Source of the DNA: Candidatus Omnitrophota bacterium
Lineage (GTDB): Bacteria; Omnitrophota; Gorgyraeia; Tantalellales; Tantalellaceae
Direction: 5' to 3'
Length of the DNA stretch: 64,000 bases
Assembly: GCA_014728075.1 (NCBI GenBank)
Contig: WJMG01000008.1
Span: 15,229 to 79,228 of the forward strand
Positions 9,481-17,690 of this stretch are shown piece by piece; the first letter of the stretch is position 1, and each line of letters begins with the position of its first letter. The notes under the pieces were generated by a model. The model was not told the origin of the DNA and searched no databases. It saw only the letters and a program-made list of their open reading frames with translations. A program made the position numbers and the translations under genes.

Positions 9481-9661
9481 CAGATAGATGAAATCTGATA
9501 TCTGAACCTGAAAGCTGAATTGGATCGAGCCTCCGCTTTTTTCATCGTGGTAGAAAATGGTCAGAAAAAAGTGGAAATCGCATATTGAGGACGGTCGCCG
9601 GTATCACTACAATAAAAATATGTAAGATGTATGCCAGGTAACCAATGCGGAGCAGCTTAGA

Positions 9662-10054
9662 ATGGAGATGGACAGAAAAAAGATCATGATAGTGGATGAC
9701 GACCATGAATTTCTGGACGAACTTAACGATCTTCTTGAAGCTTCAGGGTACGAAGTTGTCGAAGTAACGGATAACTCAAAAGTTGTTGCGACAGCTGCCG
9801 CGGAGAAGCCGGCCATTATAGTCATAGACCTTAAAATGTCGCCTAAAACCGGCTTTCAACTTTCCGAAGAGATAAGAAAGACACCCCCCATAGAAGATAC
9901 GCCCATCATCGCTATGAGCGCGTATTTCACCAGAGAAGAAGACCGGTTGCTTCGCCAGATATGCGGCATAAACACTCAGGTCAATAAACCCTTTAACCCT
10001 CTGGATATCATCGCGGCCATTGAAAGGGAACTCGATGGCGAAAAAGAGGGATAA
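9662..10054 (+). CDS. stand-alone response regulator receiver (CheY-like)
   Basis: 130 aa single REC domain: IMIVDDD, D in IVIDLKMS, conserved K in NKPF. Confidence 0.8.
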   Translation: MEMDRKKIMIVDDDHEFLDELNDLLEASGYEVVEVTDNSKVVATAAAEKPAIIVIDLKMSPKTGFQLSEEIRKTPPIEDTPIIAMSAYFTREEDRLLRQICGINTQVNKPFNPLDIIAAIERELDGEKEG

Positions 10055-10055
10055 T

Positions 10056-10475
10056 ATGGAAGTTTCCCTTACGGATACTGTCTTCCGGTTATTTTTAGCC
10101 TGTCTTTTCGGGGCCGGACTCGGGTGGGAAAGGGAGAAAAAGGGCAGGAGCGCGGGTCTCAGGACACACATGCTGGTCTGTATGGGGGCGGCGCTTATAA
10201 TGCTTATATCGTTCCACATACAGGCAACGATGCGGGAGGTCAAAGCCGTGGACACTATCCGTATAGCCGCGGGAGTGGTCACGGGAATAGGGTTTCTGGG
10301 AGCCGGCACCATTATAAAGACGCCGGAGAACGCGAAGGGCCTTACGACGGCGGCCAGTATATGGATAAGCTCGGCGATAGGGCTGGCCATAGGAAGCGGC
10401 TATCTGGCGGGAGCCGGGATCGCCATGGTATTTTCCGTTAGCGTCCTGTACCTGCTGAAGAAAGTAGAGGGCTGA
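10056..10475 (+). CDS. MgtC/SapB family membrane protein
   Basis: MgtC family pattern RLFLACLFGAGLGWEREKKGRSAGLRTHMLV ... GIGFLGAGTII; start at ATG 10056 directly after REC stop. Confidence 0.7.
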   Translation: MEVSLTDTVFRLFLACLFGAGLGWEREKKGRSAGLRTHMLVCMGAALIMLISFHIQATMREVKAVDTIRIAAGVVTGIGFLGAGTIIKTPENAKGLTTAASIWISSAIGLAIGSGYLAGAGIAMVFSVSVLYLLKKVEG

Positions 10476-10505
10476 GCTTATAATGTAATACGGAGGGAGG
10501 AGAAC

Positions 10506-10724
10506 ATGCCTATAAGAAAAGCTCCGAAAGAGCTGAGAGATAAGCTTCCCGAAAGAGCGCAGGATATCTTCGTTAAAGCGTTCAATTCGGCTTACGATCA
10601 ATACAAGGATCCGGCTAAACGCAGAGGAGACCAGTCCCGCGACGAGGTCGCCAGAAAGACCGCCTGGAGCGCGGTAAAGAAAGAATATAAAAAAGGTGAC
10701 GACGGGAAATGGCATAAAAAATAA
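10506..10724 (+). CDS. chaB: ChaB family protein
   Basis: 72 aa; LPERAQDIFVKAFNSAYDQY ... AWSAVKKEYKK.DDGKWHKK matches ChaB family signature. Confidence 0.7.
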   Translation: MPIRKAPKELRDKLPERAQDIFVKAFNSAYDQYKDPAKRRGDQSRDEVARKTAWSAVKKEYKKGDDGKWHKK

Positions 10725-10776
10725 TGGTAGAGCCTGTTCGGGCTCGCTCCGGAGAAGGGTTATGCTGTAGGAGGGT

Positions 10777-11550
10777 TCAGGAATAACCGCCTTTTTCCTC
10801 TCTTTGCGAGGCGATACGCTTTTCTTCCCGGACCTCTTCATGGTGCTCCTCGTCGCCCTCGCGGCCCTTGTCCCTTTTTGAGAGTTTCTCGCTGGCATCG
10901 CCGCGCCCGTAACAGATAAGTTCGTCCCCTTCCTTTATTTCGGTATCTCTTTTCGGAACGCCTATGAATTTTGACTCCCCGTTCTCGAAACGGGTTATGG
11001 ACAGGATAATGGTGCCTTCCTCGTTGAGCTTGAGATCGCTTAATTTTTTTCCGCTCATCCAGCTGTCCTTTTTTACCGATATGCGGCAGATATTGTAACC
11101 CTTTTTCAGGCCGAGGATCTCCCTGTAGTCGTAGACCCTCAACGCCGTGAACCTTTCCAGGAACCTTTTGATGATCTTTTTCATGCCGTTGTAAACCAGC
11201 TTTGACCTGGCGAAGAAAAATATCAGAAGCAGCCCCAGTCCCATGAACGCGGCGCGTTTGGGGAGGGTCTGGCTGGAGCCCGAAAGAAAAGTGAGGACAA
11301 AAGTGGCTATGGAGGAAGATATCCCCGCGCTTCCCAGAAGGATCAGGACCCTTATTATCCGCCTCCTTACGGGATGCTTAAGCACGGTTTCCGATTCGGA
11401 AGTGGTAAAACCGGCACCGGAGAAAGCGGACTGGGCCTGGAAGGCAGCGACATCGTCCGAAAGCCCCGTCAGCTCCAGGGCCGCCGCGCCTATACGGATA
11501 ACGGTTATCGAAAGCAGTATTACCGCGAAAAAAGTGAAAAGCGCTATCAT
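10777..11550 (-). CDS. membrane protein with C-terminal TrkA-C (RCK_C) domain
   Basis: N-terminal TM segments then RCK_C-like region (GKKLSDLKL..EGTIILSITR...IKEGDELICYG), acidic/Lys-rich tail; only real-looking minus-strand CDS besides RR. Confidence 0.55.
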   Translation of the reverse strand: MIALFTFFAVILLSITVIRIGAAALELTGLSDDVAAFQAQSAFSGAGFTTSESETVLKHPVRRRIIRVLILLGSAGISSSIATFVLTFLSGSSQTLPKRAAFMGLGLLLIFFFARSKLVYNGMKKIIKRFLERFTALRVYDYREILGLKKGYNICRISVKKDSWMSGKKLSDLKLNEEGTIILSITRFENGESKFIGVPKRDTEIKEGDELICYGRGDASEKLSKRDKGREGDEEHHEEVREEKRIASQREEKGGYS

Positions 11551-11723
11551 TTAATAATATCCTTTTTTGGGTCTTAACATTGCCGGAGGTCCATTACCTA
11601 TTATACAGGACGAGAAAGTGATTGAAAAACCAAAGGGGAATAAAGTCAATATAAAGTGGATGAAGACAATTGTCCGAAAACCGGTAATGGAAGACAATAG
11701 AAGAGAACCTTGAAGGAGGGAAT

Positions 11724-11969
11724 ATGAAACTTGATGTAAAGGCTTTAGCCCTGGCGGGAGGCATACTTTGGGCGGCGGGGATGTTCATCCTGACCTGGCT
11801 GGGAATACTGGGATACGGCAGTTCCGCCGCGGCGGAGATAGCCAGGTCCTACTATGTAGGATACACCGTAACGCCTGTGGGAAGTATCGTGGGCGCGGCA
11901 TACGGATTCATAGACGCCGGTATAGGGTTCGGTCTTCTGGGTTATTTATACAACAGGCTGGCCGGATAG
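11724..11969 (+). CDS. small hydrophobic membrane protein
   Basis: 81 aa, two TM helices, Gly-rich (GYGSSAAAEIARSY...GFGLLGYLYNRLAG). Confidence 0.4.
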   Translation: MKLDVKALALAGGILWAAGMFILTWLGILGYGSSAAAEIARSYYVGYTVTPVGSIVGAAYGFIDAGIGFGLLGYLYNRLAG

Positions 11970-11999
11970 AACACCCGGCCAGAAGACAAAGGGGGAAAC

Positions 12000-12392
12000 A
12001 TGTTCCTTGATATATTTCTGTTCCTTGTTATAGCGGGGTTTCTGACCATACTTTTCGCGGGAGTGTTCAGGAGAGTGGGGCCATGGGAAAGCGTTTTCGC
12101 CTTTTTCATCGTTCTCTTTCTGGCGATCTGGGCCATAAGCCTCTGGCTGGCCCCGGCCGGGCCTGTTTTTCTGGGCGTTTACTGGTTCCCCGTTATTATC
12201 ATAGGGTTCATACTGGCGCTTCTGCTGGCGGCTTCGGCGCCCCCGAGGCCTCCGAGAACGGCGGAAGAGGCGGTGGAAGAAGCGGAAAAAGAAGCCGCGG
12301 CGGAAAGGTCCATAGACGCGCTTTTCTGGGTGCTTCTGGTAATACTGCTTCTCGCTATACTGGGACGGGGATTCGTCTGGCCCGGAGCTTAA
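12000..12392 (+). CDS. hypothetical integral membrane protein
   Basis: 130 aa, 3-4 predicted TM helices, Pro/Ala/Glu-rich linker. Confidence 0.4.
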   Translation: MFLDIFLFLVIAGFLTILFAGVFRRVGPWESVFAFFIVLFLAIWAISLWLAPAGPVFLGVYWFPVIIIGFILALLLAASAPPRPPRTAEEAVEEAEKEAAAERSIDALFWVLLVILLLAILGRGFVWPGA

Positions 12393-12447
12393 GACAGCGC
12401 CGTCATACGGGTCCTGAATTAAACGAAAAGGTCATAAGGAGGACAAG

Positions 12448-12882
12448 ATGAGGATAACAAGCCCGGCTTTTGAGCACGAAGGAACGATACCTTTCGAATA
12501 TACCTGTAACGGAAAAGATATAAATCCGCCTCTCGGCATAGAAGAGGTGCCTAATGTGGCCAGGTCCCTCGCGCTCGTAGTGGACGATCCGGACGCCCCT
12601 AACGGTGACTGGGTACACTGGGTGGTATTCAATATCTCGCCGGAAACCCCCGAAATAGCCGAAAACAGCGTTCCCGGGGAGGAGGCATCCAACGATTTCG
12701 ACAGAAGGTCTTACGGGGGCCCCTGTCCCCCGTCGGGTACGCACAGGTATTTTTTCAGGCTGTATGCCCTGGATACCGAGCTGGACCCGGAAAAAGTGTC
12801 CGGGCGGCATTCCCTTGAAAAAGAGATGGAAGGACATATCGTCGCCCGGAGTGAACTGATGGGGAAATACGGGAAAGAATAA
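12448..12882 (+). CDS. YbhB/YbcL (PEBP/RKIP) family protein
   Basis: DDPDAP, WVHWVV, GGPCPPSGTHRYFFRLYALD motifs characteristic of bacterial PEBP family. Confidence 0.8.
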   Translation: MRITSPAFEHEGTIPFEYTCNGKDINPPLGIEEVPNVARSLALVVDDPDAPNGDWVHWVVFNISPETPEIAENSVPGEEASNDFDRRSYGGPCPPSGTHRYFFRLYALDTELDPEKVSGRHSLEKEMEGHIVARSELMGKYGKE

Positions 12883-12909
12883 AGGGGCTAAAGGGCAGGG
12901 GGAAAGAGA

Positions 12910-13185
12910 ATGGCAAACAAAAGAGTTCGCGCGAACATAGAGGGACATGTCCAGGGAGTGTTTTTCAGGTCCAGGGCCCGTGAGAAAGCGGAATCCCTGG
13001 GGATAAACGGATGGATAGAGAACAGGCCCGACGGGCGTGTGGAAGGGGTTTTTGAGGGCGAGGAAGAGCTGGTGGACGAGATGGCCGGCTGGTGCAGGAA
13101 AGGCCCGTCCACGGCTGAGGTCAATAAGGTTGATCTAAGGGAAGAAAAGTACGAAGGCGACCTTCAGGGGTTTGAGATAAGGTAA
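12910..13185 (+). CDS. acyP: acylphosphatase
   Basis: VQGVFFR motif 1 and GWIENRPDGRVE motif 2; 91 aa. Confidence 0.85.
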   Translation: MANKRVRANIEGHVQGVFFRSRAREKAESLGINGWIENRPDGRVEGVFEGEEELVDEMAGWCRKGPSTAEVNKVDLREEKYEGDLQGFEIR

Positions 13186-13241
13186 GCCGGCTATACTGCC
13201 CGCTTACGCAAGTATCATGCGGAAAAAGAAGGGAGGCGAAG

Positions 13242-13535
13242 ATGCCTGAATTTGGTAACCCTTTCGCCGGATCGGCGAAAGAGAAAAAGGTAACGGAACA
13301 GGAACTGATAAGAGCGGTAAGGTTCTCTATAGCGGCCGAATACGAAGCTATACAGCTTTACATGCAGCTGGCCGAATCTACCGACAACGAGCTAGCGAAA
13401 AAAGTGCTTAAAGATATCGCGGACGAGGAAAAAGTCCATGTCGGGGAGTTCTTGAGGCTCTTAAAAGAACTGGCGCCTGACGAAGAGGAGTTCTACAGGA
13501 AGGGAAAAGAAGAAGTGGAAGAAGAGTTCATGTAA
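13242..13535 (+). CDS. ferritin-like / rubrerythrin-type small protein
   Basis: EYEAIQLY and EEKVHVGEF E/H diiron-type motifs; 97 aa. Confidence 0.5.
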   Translation: MPEFGNPFAGSAKEKKVTEQELIRAVRFSIAAEYEAIQLYMQLAESTDNELAKKVLKDIADEEKVHVGEFLRLLKELAPDEEEFYRKGKEEVEEEFM

Positions 13536-13553
13536 GGAAAGGACCTGAGGAAC

Positions 13554-14171
13554 ATGTTCGAGGACAGAAAGGACGCGGGGACGCGCCTGGGACAGGCGCT
13601 CGCGGAATATAAAGGGACAGGCGCGCTCGTGCTGGCCATTCCCCGGGGAGGAGTTGAAGTGGGGTATTATGTCGCGCGGGAGCTGGAGGCGGAGTTTTCG
13701 GTGATAATAACGAGGAAACTTCCTTTTCCCGACCAGCCCGAAGCCGGTTTCGGGGCGATCGCCGAGGACGGAAGTGTTTTTATCATGGAAGGAGCCCTTA
13801 AATGGGTAGACCCTGACAGTGTTGAAAGGATAACCCGCCGGCAGAAAGAAGAGATCGCCAGGAGAAAAGAGGTCTTCAGGGGAGGGGAAGATATTCCGCC
13901 TCTGGAAGGCAGGCACATCATCCTCGTGGACGACGGCATAGCCATGGGCTCCACGGTAAGGGCATCACTGTTGATGCTGAGGAATTGCGGGGCGGGCAGG
14001 GTCACCGTGGCCTCTCCCGTGGCCGGGCCTTCGGTGGCCTCTTATGTTAACGAGATCGCTGACGAACTGGTAGTGCTTGAGAAACCGCACGATTTTTCGG
14101 CCGTTGCGCAGGTATACCGTAACTGGCACGATGTGACGGACGAGGAAGCTTCGGCTTTTCTGGAACAATGA
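13554..14171 (+). CDS. phosphoribosyltransferase family protein
   Basis: PRPP-binding loop ILVDDGIAMGST, overall COG1926-like organisation. Confidence 0.7.
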   Translation: MFEDRKDAGTRLGQALAEYKGTGALVLAIPRGGVEVGYYVARELEAEFSVIITRKLPFPDQPEAGFGAIAEDGSVFIMEGALKWVDPDSVERITRRQKEEIARRKEVFRGGEDIPPLEGRHIILVDDGIAMGSTVRASLLMLRNCGAGRVTVASPVAGPSVASYVNEIADELVVLEKPHDFSAVAQVYRNWHDVTDEEASAFLEQ

Positions 14172-14233
14172 ATAAAGGAGCAGAAGAAAAAAGAACAGTT
14201 AAGAACGATCAGGCAAGACAAAAGGGGGATATA

Positions 14234-14593
14234 GTGAAAATAAGGATCTTAATATTGATGGCGTTTTGTATTGTTGCCCTGGTCGGATATCCTGCCTTCA
14301 GTGAGGACGGAGCGCGGAATATCCTGGAAAAAGGGCTTCTGGGCGCGGGAGCCGGCGCGGCCGGAAGCGCGGCCGGCGGAGGAGATGCAGGCACGGGAGC
14401 CCTCGTGGGTGCCGGTGTGAATATAGTAGGTGACGCTCTGGTGGATTCCCTGAGCGGACAAAAGGTGGATTCCGTTTCACGGGTAAGGCGCCTCACCCCT
14501 GAGCAGGCCTATTCCCGGGGATATAATGAAGGATATAATAACGGGTTCAAAGAGGGGTATACGAGCGGATACCAGGAAGGTGTGAAAGAATAA
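14234..14593 (+). CDS. secreted Gly-rich protein with EGY/NGF repeat tail
   Basis: GTG start after GGGGGA RBS, signal-like KIRILILMAFCIVALVGYPAFS, Gly/Ala low-complexity then RGYNEGYNNGFKEGYTSGYQEG. Confidence 0.4.
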   Translation: MKIRILILMAFCIVALVGYPAFSEDGARNILEKGLLGAGAGAAGSAAGGGDAGTGALVGAGVNIVGDALVDSLSGQKVDSVSRVRRLTPEQAYSRGYNEGYNNGFKEGYTSGYQEGVKE

Positions 14594-14636
14594 GCCGGTG
14601 TTTTCAGCGGGAACCCGGCGGTATAAAAGGAGGAGC

Positions 14637-15386
14637 ATGGCCATGGTTGCTTTAAGAAGCGTGAACGAGGTGATAGGATACAACATAAACGCGCTTGACG
14701 GGGAGATAGGGAAAATAACGGACCTCTATTTCGACGACACCCAGTGGATCGTGCAGTATTTCGTCGTCGATACCGGAAGCTGGCTTTCCGGCAGGAGCGT
14801 ACTCATTTCCCCCGTGACGGTCGCCGGAGAACCGGACTGGCGGAAGCAGGAAGTATCTCTACTTTTGAACAGGGAAATGGTGGAAAAAAGTCCGGACATC
14901 GACACGGAAAAGCCCGTTTCCAGGCAGAAAGAGCTGGAGATAATGAAATATTACAGGTGGCCCGTATACTGGGGAGAGCCTTTTAACGGTCCGGTCGGGG
15001 ACATTCCTGCCGAGTACTACGAAAAACAGCTCATACCTGAAGAGGAAGAAGGACAGTCGCATCTCAGGAGCGTGAAAGAAGTGGAAGGATACAGGATACA
15101 CGCCCGGGACGGAGAGATCGGACATGTTAAGGATTTTATAGCGGAAGACGCCCAGTGGAACCTCCGCTATCTTATAGCGGATACCGGGACCTGGCTTCCC
15201 GGCAGGAAAGTGCTTATAGATCCTCTCTGGCTGGAGAGCGTCGACTGGTCCATGAAGGAAGTAAAAGTGACGCTTTCCAGAGAGGAAATAAAGAACAGCC
15301 CTCCGTACGATCCGTCGGAACCGATCAATCGGGATTACGAAGGAAAGCTGTACGATTATTACGGACGGCCTGAATATTGGAAATAA
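14637..15386 (+). CDS. PRC-barrel domain protein (two tandem PRC barrels)
   Basis: Two internal repeats (~100 aa) each with GxIGKITDLYFDD..W.VQYFVVDTG / GEIGHVKDFIAED..W.LRYLIADTG PRC-barrel signature; AAGGAGGAG RBS (start 14637 or 14643). Confidence 0.7.
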   Translation: MAMVALRSVNEVIGYNINALDGEIGKITDLYFDDTQWIVQYFVVDTGSWLSGRSVLISPVTVAGEPDWRKQEVSLLLNREMVEKSPDIDTEKPVSRQKELEIMKYYRWPVYWGEPFNGPVGDIPAEYYEKQLIPEEEEGQSHLRSVKEVEGYRIHARDGEIGHVKDFIAEDAQWNLRYLIADTGTWLPGRKVLIDPLWLESVDWSMKEVKVTLSREEIKNSPPYDPSEPINRDYEGKLYDYYGRPEYWK

Positions 15387-15410
15387 ATATCCGTAAAAAA
15401 GGAGGACAAA

Positions 15411-15599
15411 ATGAAAGCTATAGTTGATAAGGACACCTGTATCGGCTGCGGGCTTTGCCCGGAAGAAAGCCCGGCCGTGTTCAGGATGGACGGGGACAAG
15501 GCGGTCGTGCACACAGATCCGGTGCCCGAAGAGGCGGAGGAAAGCTGCCGGAGGGCGGCCGACAAGTGCCCCGTTGACGCGATAAGCGTCAAGGGATGA
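15411..15599 (+). CDS. small single-cluster [4Fe-4S] ferredoxin (paralogue of 3334-3519)
   Basis: CIGCGLCPEESP ... CRRAADKCPVDAISV; same length and ~65% identical to first ferredoxin. Confidence 0.8.
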   Translation: MKAIVDKDTCIGCGLCPEESPAVFRMDGDKAVVHTDPVPEEAEESCRRAADKCPVDAISVKG

Positions 15600-15655
15600 G
15601 AAGGGGCGCAAAAAAAGAAAAGGAAAAGAAAAACAATAACTAAAGGAGGATCAAG

Positions 15656-16123
15656 ATGAAGAAACTTGTGACGATCATGCTGGTAGCGGCTTTCGCGGCG
15701 ACTGCCCTGCCGGCTCAGGCGGCTTTCGCCAAAGGCTATTACGGGTGTAAGGACAAGGACCATAAAATGGACCTGGACGACAAGTTCTATAAGAAGGCGT
15801 CGTTTATTCTCAAGAACCAGGACGAGCTGGGCCTTTCCGACGCCGAGATCGACAGGGTCAAGGCGCTCAAGATCAAGACAAAGAAGTTCATGATAGACCA
15901 GAAAGCCAAGATAAAGAAAATAAAGGTCGATATCTGGGCGGAGCTCATGGAGGATGACACGAACATCGACAAGGTGAACGGGCTTATTGACGACAAATAC
16001 GACCTCAAGGCTGAAAAGGCCAAATACCTGGTCAATTCGTATGTGGTCCTTAAGAATACTCTTACGGACGACCAGATGAAAAAGATGAAAGCGCTCTGGA
16101 AGAAAGAGAAATGCGATTATTGA
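15656..16123 (+). CDS. periplasmic Spy/CpxP-like LTxxQ-motif protein
   Basis: Signal peptide, Lys-rich helical protein with LTDDQMKKMKAL LTxxQ motif. Confidence 0.5.
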   Translation: MKKLVTIMLVAAFAATALPAQAAFAKGYYGCKDKDHKMDLDDKFYKKASFILKNQDELGLSDAEIDRVKALKIKTKKFMIDQKAKIKKIKVDIWAELMEDDTNIDKVNGLIDDKYDLKAEKAKYLVNSYVVLKNTLTDDQMKKMKALWKKEKCDY

Positions 16124-16285
16124 TCACGGGCTCTTTTTAGAGCGTTAAAGTGATAAAAGCGCCGGGGTAGAGGTGCGTTAGCTTCTAGCCCGGCGCTTTA
16201 AATAATCAGGAAAGGCTCGAGGCAAAATGATAAAGGCGAACTTCCTGTCCGGGACCGAAGTGCACCGGTCCCGGACAGCGTTGTG

Positions 16286-16322
16286 GGGGACAGGTACCGC
16301 CTTGTTTCCGTACCCGGTACAA
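16286..16322. repeat. GTAC-rich REP-like palindromic element, copy 2
   Basis: GGGGACAGGTACCGCCTTGTTTCCGTACCCGGTACAA; 35/37 identical to copy at 16867, flanks pfpI on the 5' side. Confidence 0.75.
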
Positions 16323-16346
16323 AAGTTAGCGAAAGGGAGGTTCAAA

Positions 16347-16853
16347 ATGGCAAAGATAGCCGTTATACTTGAAGACATGTTCGAGGACAGTGAATATACC
16401 GAGCCCGTAAAGGCCTTCCGTGAAGCCGGACACGAAACGGTGAATGTGGGCCTTGAGGAGGCGAAGGAGGTGAAAGGAAAAAAGGAAGGTACCCCCGCCA
16501 CGATAGACCGGGCCCTCGGCCAGGTGAACAGCGGAGACTACGACGCGCTTCTCATACCCGGCGGGTATTCTCCAGACAAATTGAGGGCCCATGAGAGCCC
16601 GATTGAATTCGTTAAAGGTTTTATGGACGAGGGAAAGCCTGTCTTTTCGATCTGCCACGGCGCGCAGCTTTTGATATCGGCCGATGCGCTGAAAGGGAAA
16701 AAAGCCACCGGCTGGAAGTCCATAAAACAGGATATCAAGAACGCAGGCGCGGAATATCTTGACCGGGAGGTCGTGGAGGACGGCAATCTGGTCTCAAGCC
16801 GGCAGCCTCAGGACCTTCCCGCGTTTATAAAAGCCTCCCTGTCGAAGCTGTGA
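16347..16853 (+). CDS. DJ-1/PfpI family intracellular protease/glyoxalase
   Basis: SICHGAQLL nucleophile elbow, His downstream, size 168 aa; ORF open upstream through the REP element but ATG 16347 has GGGAGG RBS. Confidence 0.8.
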   Translation: MAKIAVILEDMFEDSEYTEPVKAFREAGHETVNVGLEEAKEVKGKKEGTPATIDRALGQVNSGDYDALLIPGGYSPDKLRAHESPIEFVKGFMDEGKPVFSICHGAQLLISADALKGKKATGWKSIKQDIKNAGAEYLDREVVEDGNLVSSRQPQDLPAFIKASLSKL

Positions 16854-16866
16854 GGGGTCTTCGGGA

Positions 16867-16903
16867 GGGGACAGGTACCGCCTTATTTCCGTACCCGGTA
16901 CAG
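16867..16903. repeat. GTAC-rich REP-like palindromic element, copy 3
   Basis: GGGGACAGGTACCGCCTTATTTCCGTACCCGGTACAG immediately 3' of pfpI stop. Confidence 0.75.
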
Positions 16904-17338
16904 ATTCTCATTCTGTCAGGAATCCTTATTCTGGCCGTGCTCATTTCCGGATGCGCGCCCCGGCACCAGGTATATAAAGGCAAGTCCGACAAAAGGATAG
17001 ACCAGTACGCCGGTGACGGGGAGACCTATGACCCGGAGATAGTTGAATAGGCCGGGCTGCCGTGATGGGCATGAAATTTTGAAAAAAGCGATATGTTATC
17101 GGCAGACATGTGAATATCGCTTTTGAACCAATATTTTGGCAAGCGGGGTATGTGAGGGGAGGAAACGGCTGAACGAAGTGAAGGCGTTCCCTTGCCCCCG
17201 CCTGACATATCTTGTGGCGGGCGGGAAAAATGTATTTTTCTAAGAAAGACACAAGATATGTCAGCATGAAATAGATAAACTCTTGTTAACGCGGGGTTTT
17301 ATCTATTTCATTAACCAAATATTTAAGGCACAAAAAAA

Positions 17339-17361
17339 GGCTCATACATTTCGTATGAGCC
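17339..17361 (-). terminator. Rho-independent terminator of tRNA-Met (minus strand)
   Basis: On minus strand GGCTCATACGAAATGTATGAGCC followed by TTTTTT(T); nested inside larger palindrome CCAAATATTTAAGG...CCTTAAATATTTGG. Confidence 0.7.
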
Positions 17362-17370
17362 TTAAATATT

Positions 17371-17445
17371 TGGTTGCGGGGGGAGGAATCGAACCTCCGA
17401 CCTTGAGGTTATGAGCCTCACGAGCTACCTCTGCTCCACCCCGCG
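17371..17445 (-). tRNA. tRNA-Met (CAT), initiator-type
   Basis: Minus-strand cloverleaf CGCGGGG-UG-GAGC...GCUC-anticodon loop CUCAUAA (CAU)-GGAGG-UUCGAUU-CCUCC-CCCCGCA-A-CCA; C1:A72 mismatch typical of bacterial initiator tRNA; CCA encoded. Confidence 0.85.
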
Positions 17446-17690
17446 TCAGAATCGTTTGAGTATCAAATTCTAACAAATATGAGGTATATATGCAAGCCTT
17501 TTATGCGAAAAGGCCGGGATCCCGTTTCCGGGCCGGGATCCCGGCCCGGAAATTAAAGAAGGTTTGGCCGTATTGACATACAATATTATATATGTTATAA
17601 GAGATTACTCATATTATTAATTACAAAAGCCTTCCGATATATTTTTAACAAAGAACTCAGTCCTAAACGCTTAAAAGTTAAGGAGATATC

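Noticed and set aside
16850-17050. 66-aa ORF with lipoprotein-like ILILSGILILAVLISGC segment after pfpI
   Set aside because: The N-terminal third is the REP-like repeat read in frame. There is no ATG/GTG/TTG start and no RBS ahead of the hydrophobic segment. Kept only as a remote possibility of a small lipoprotein.
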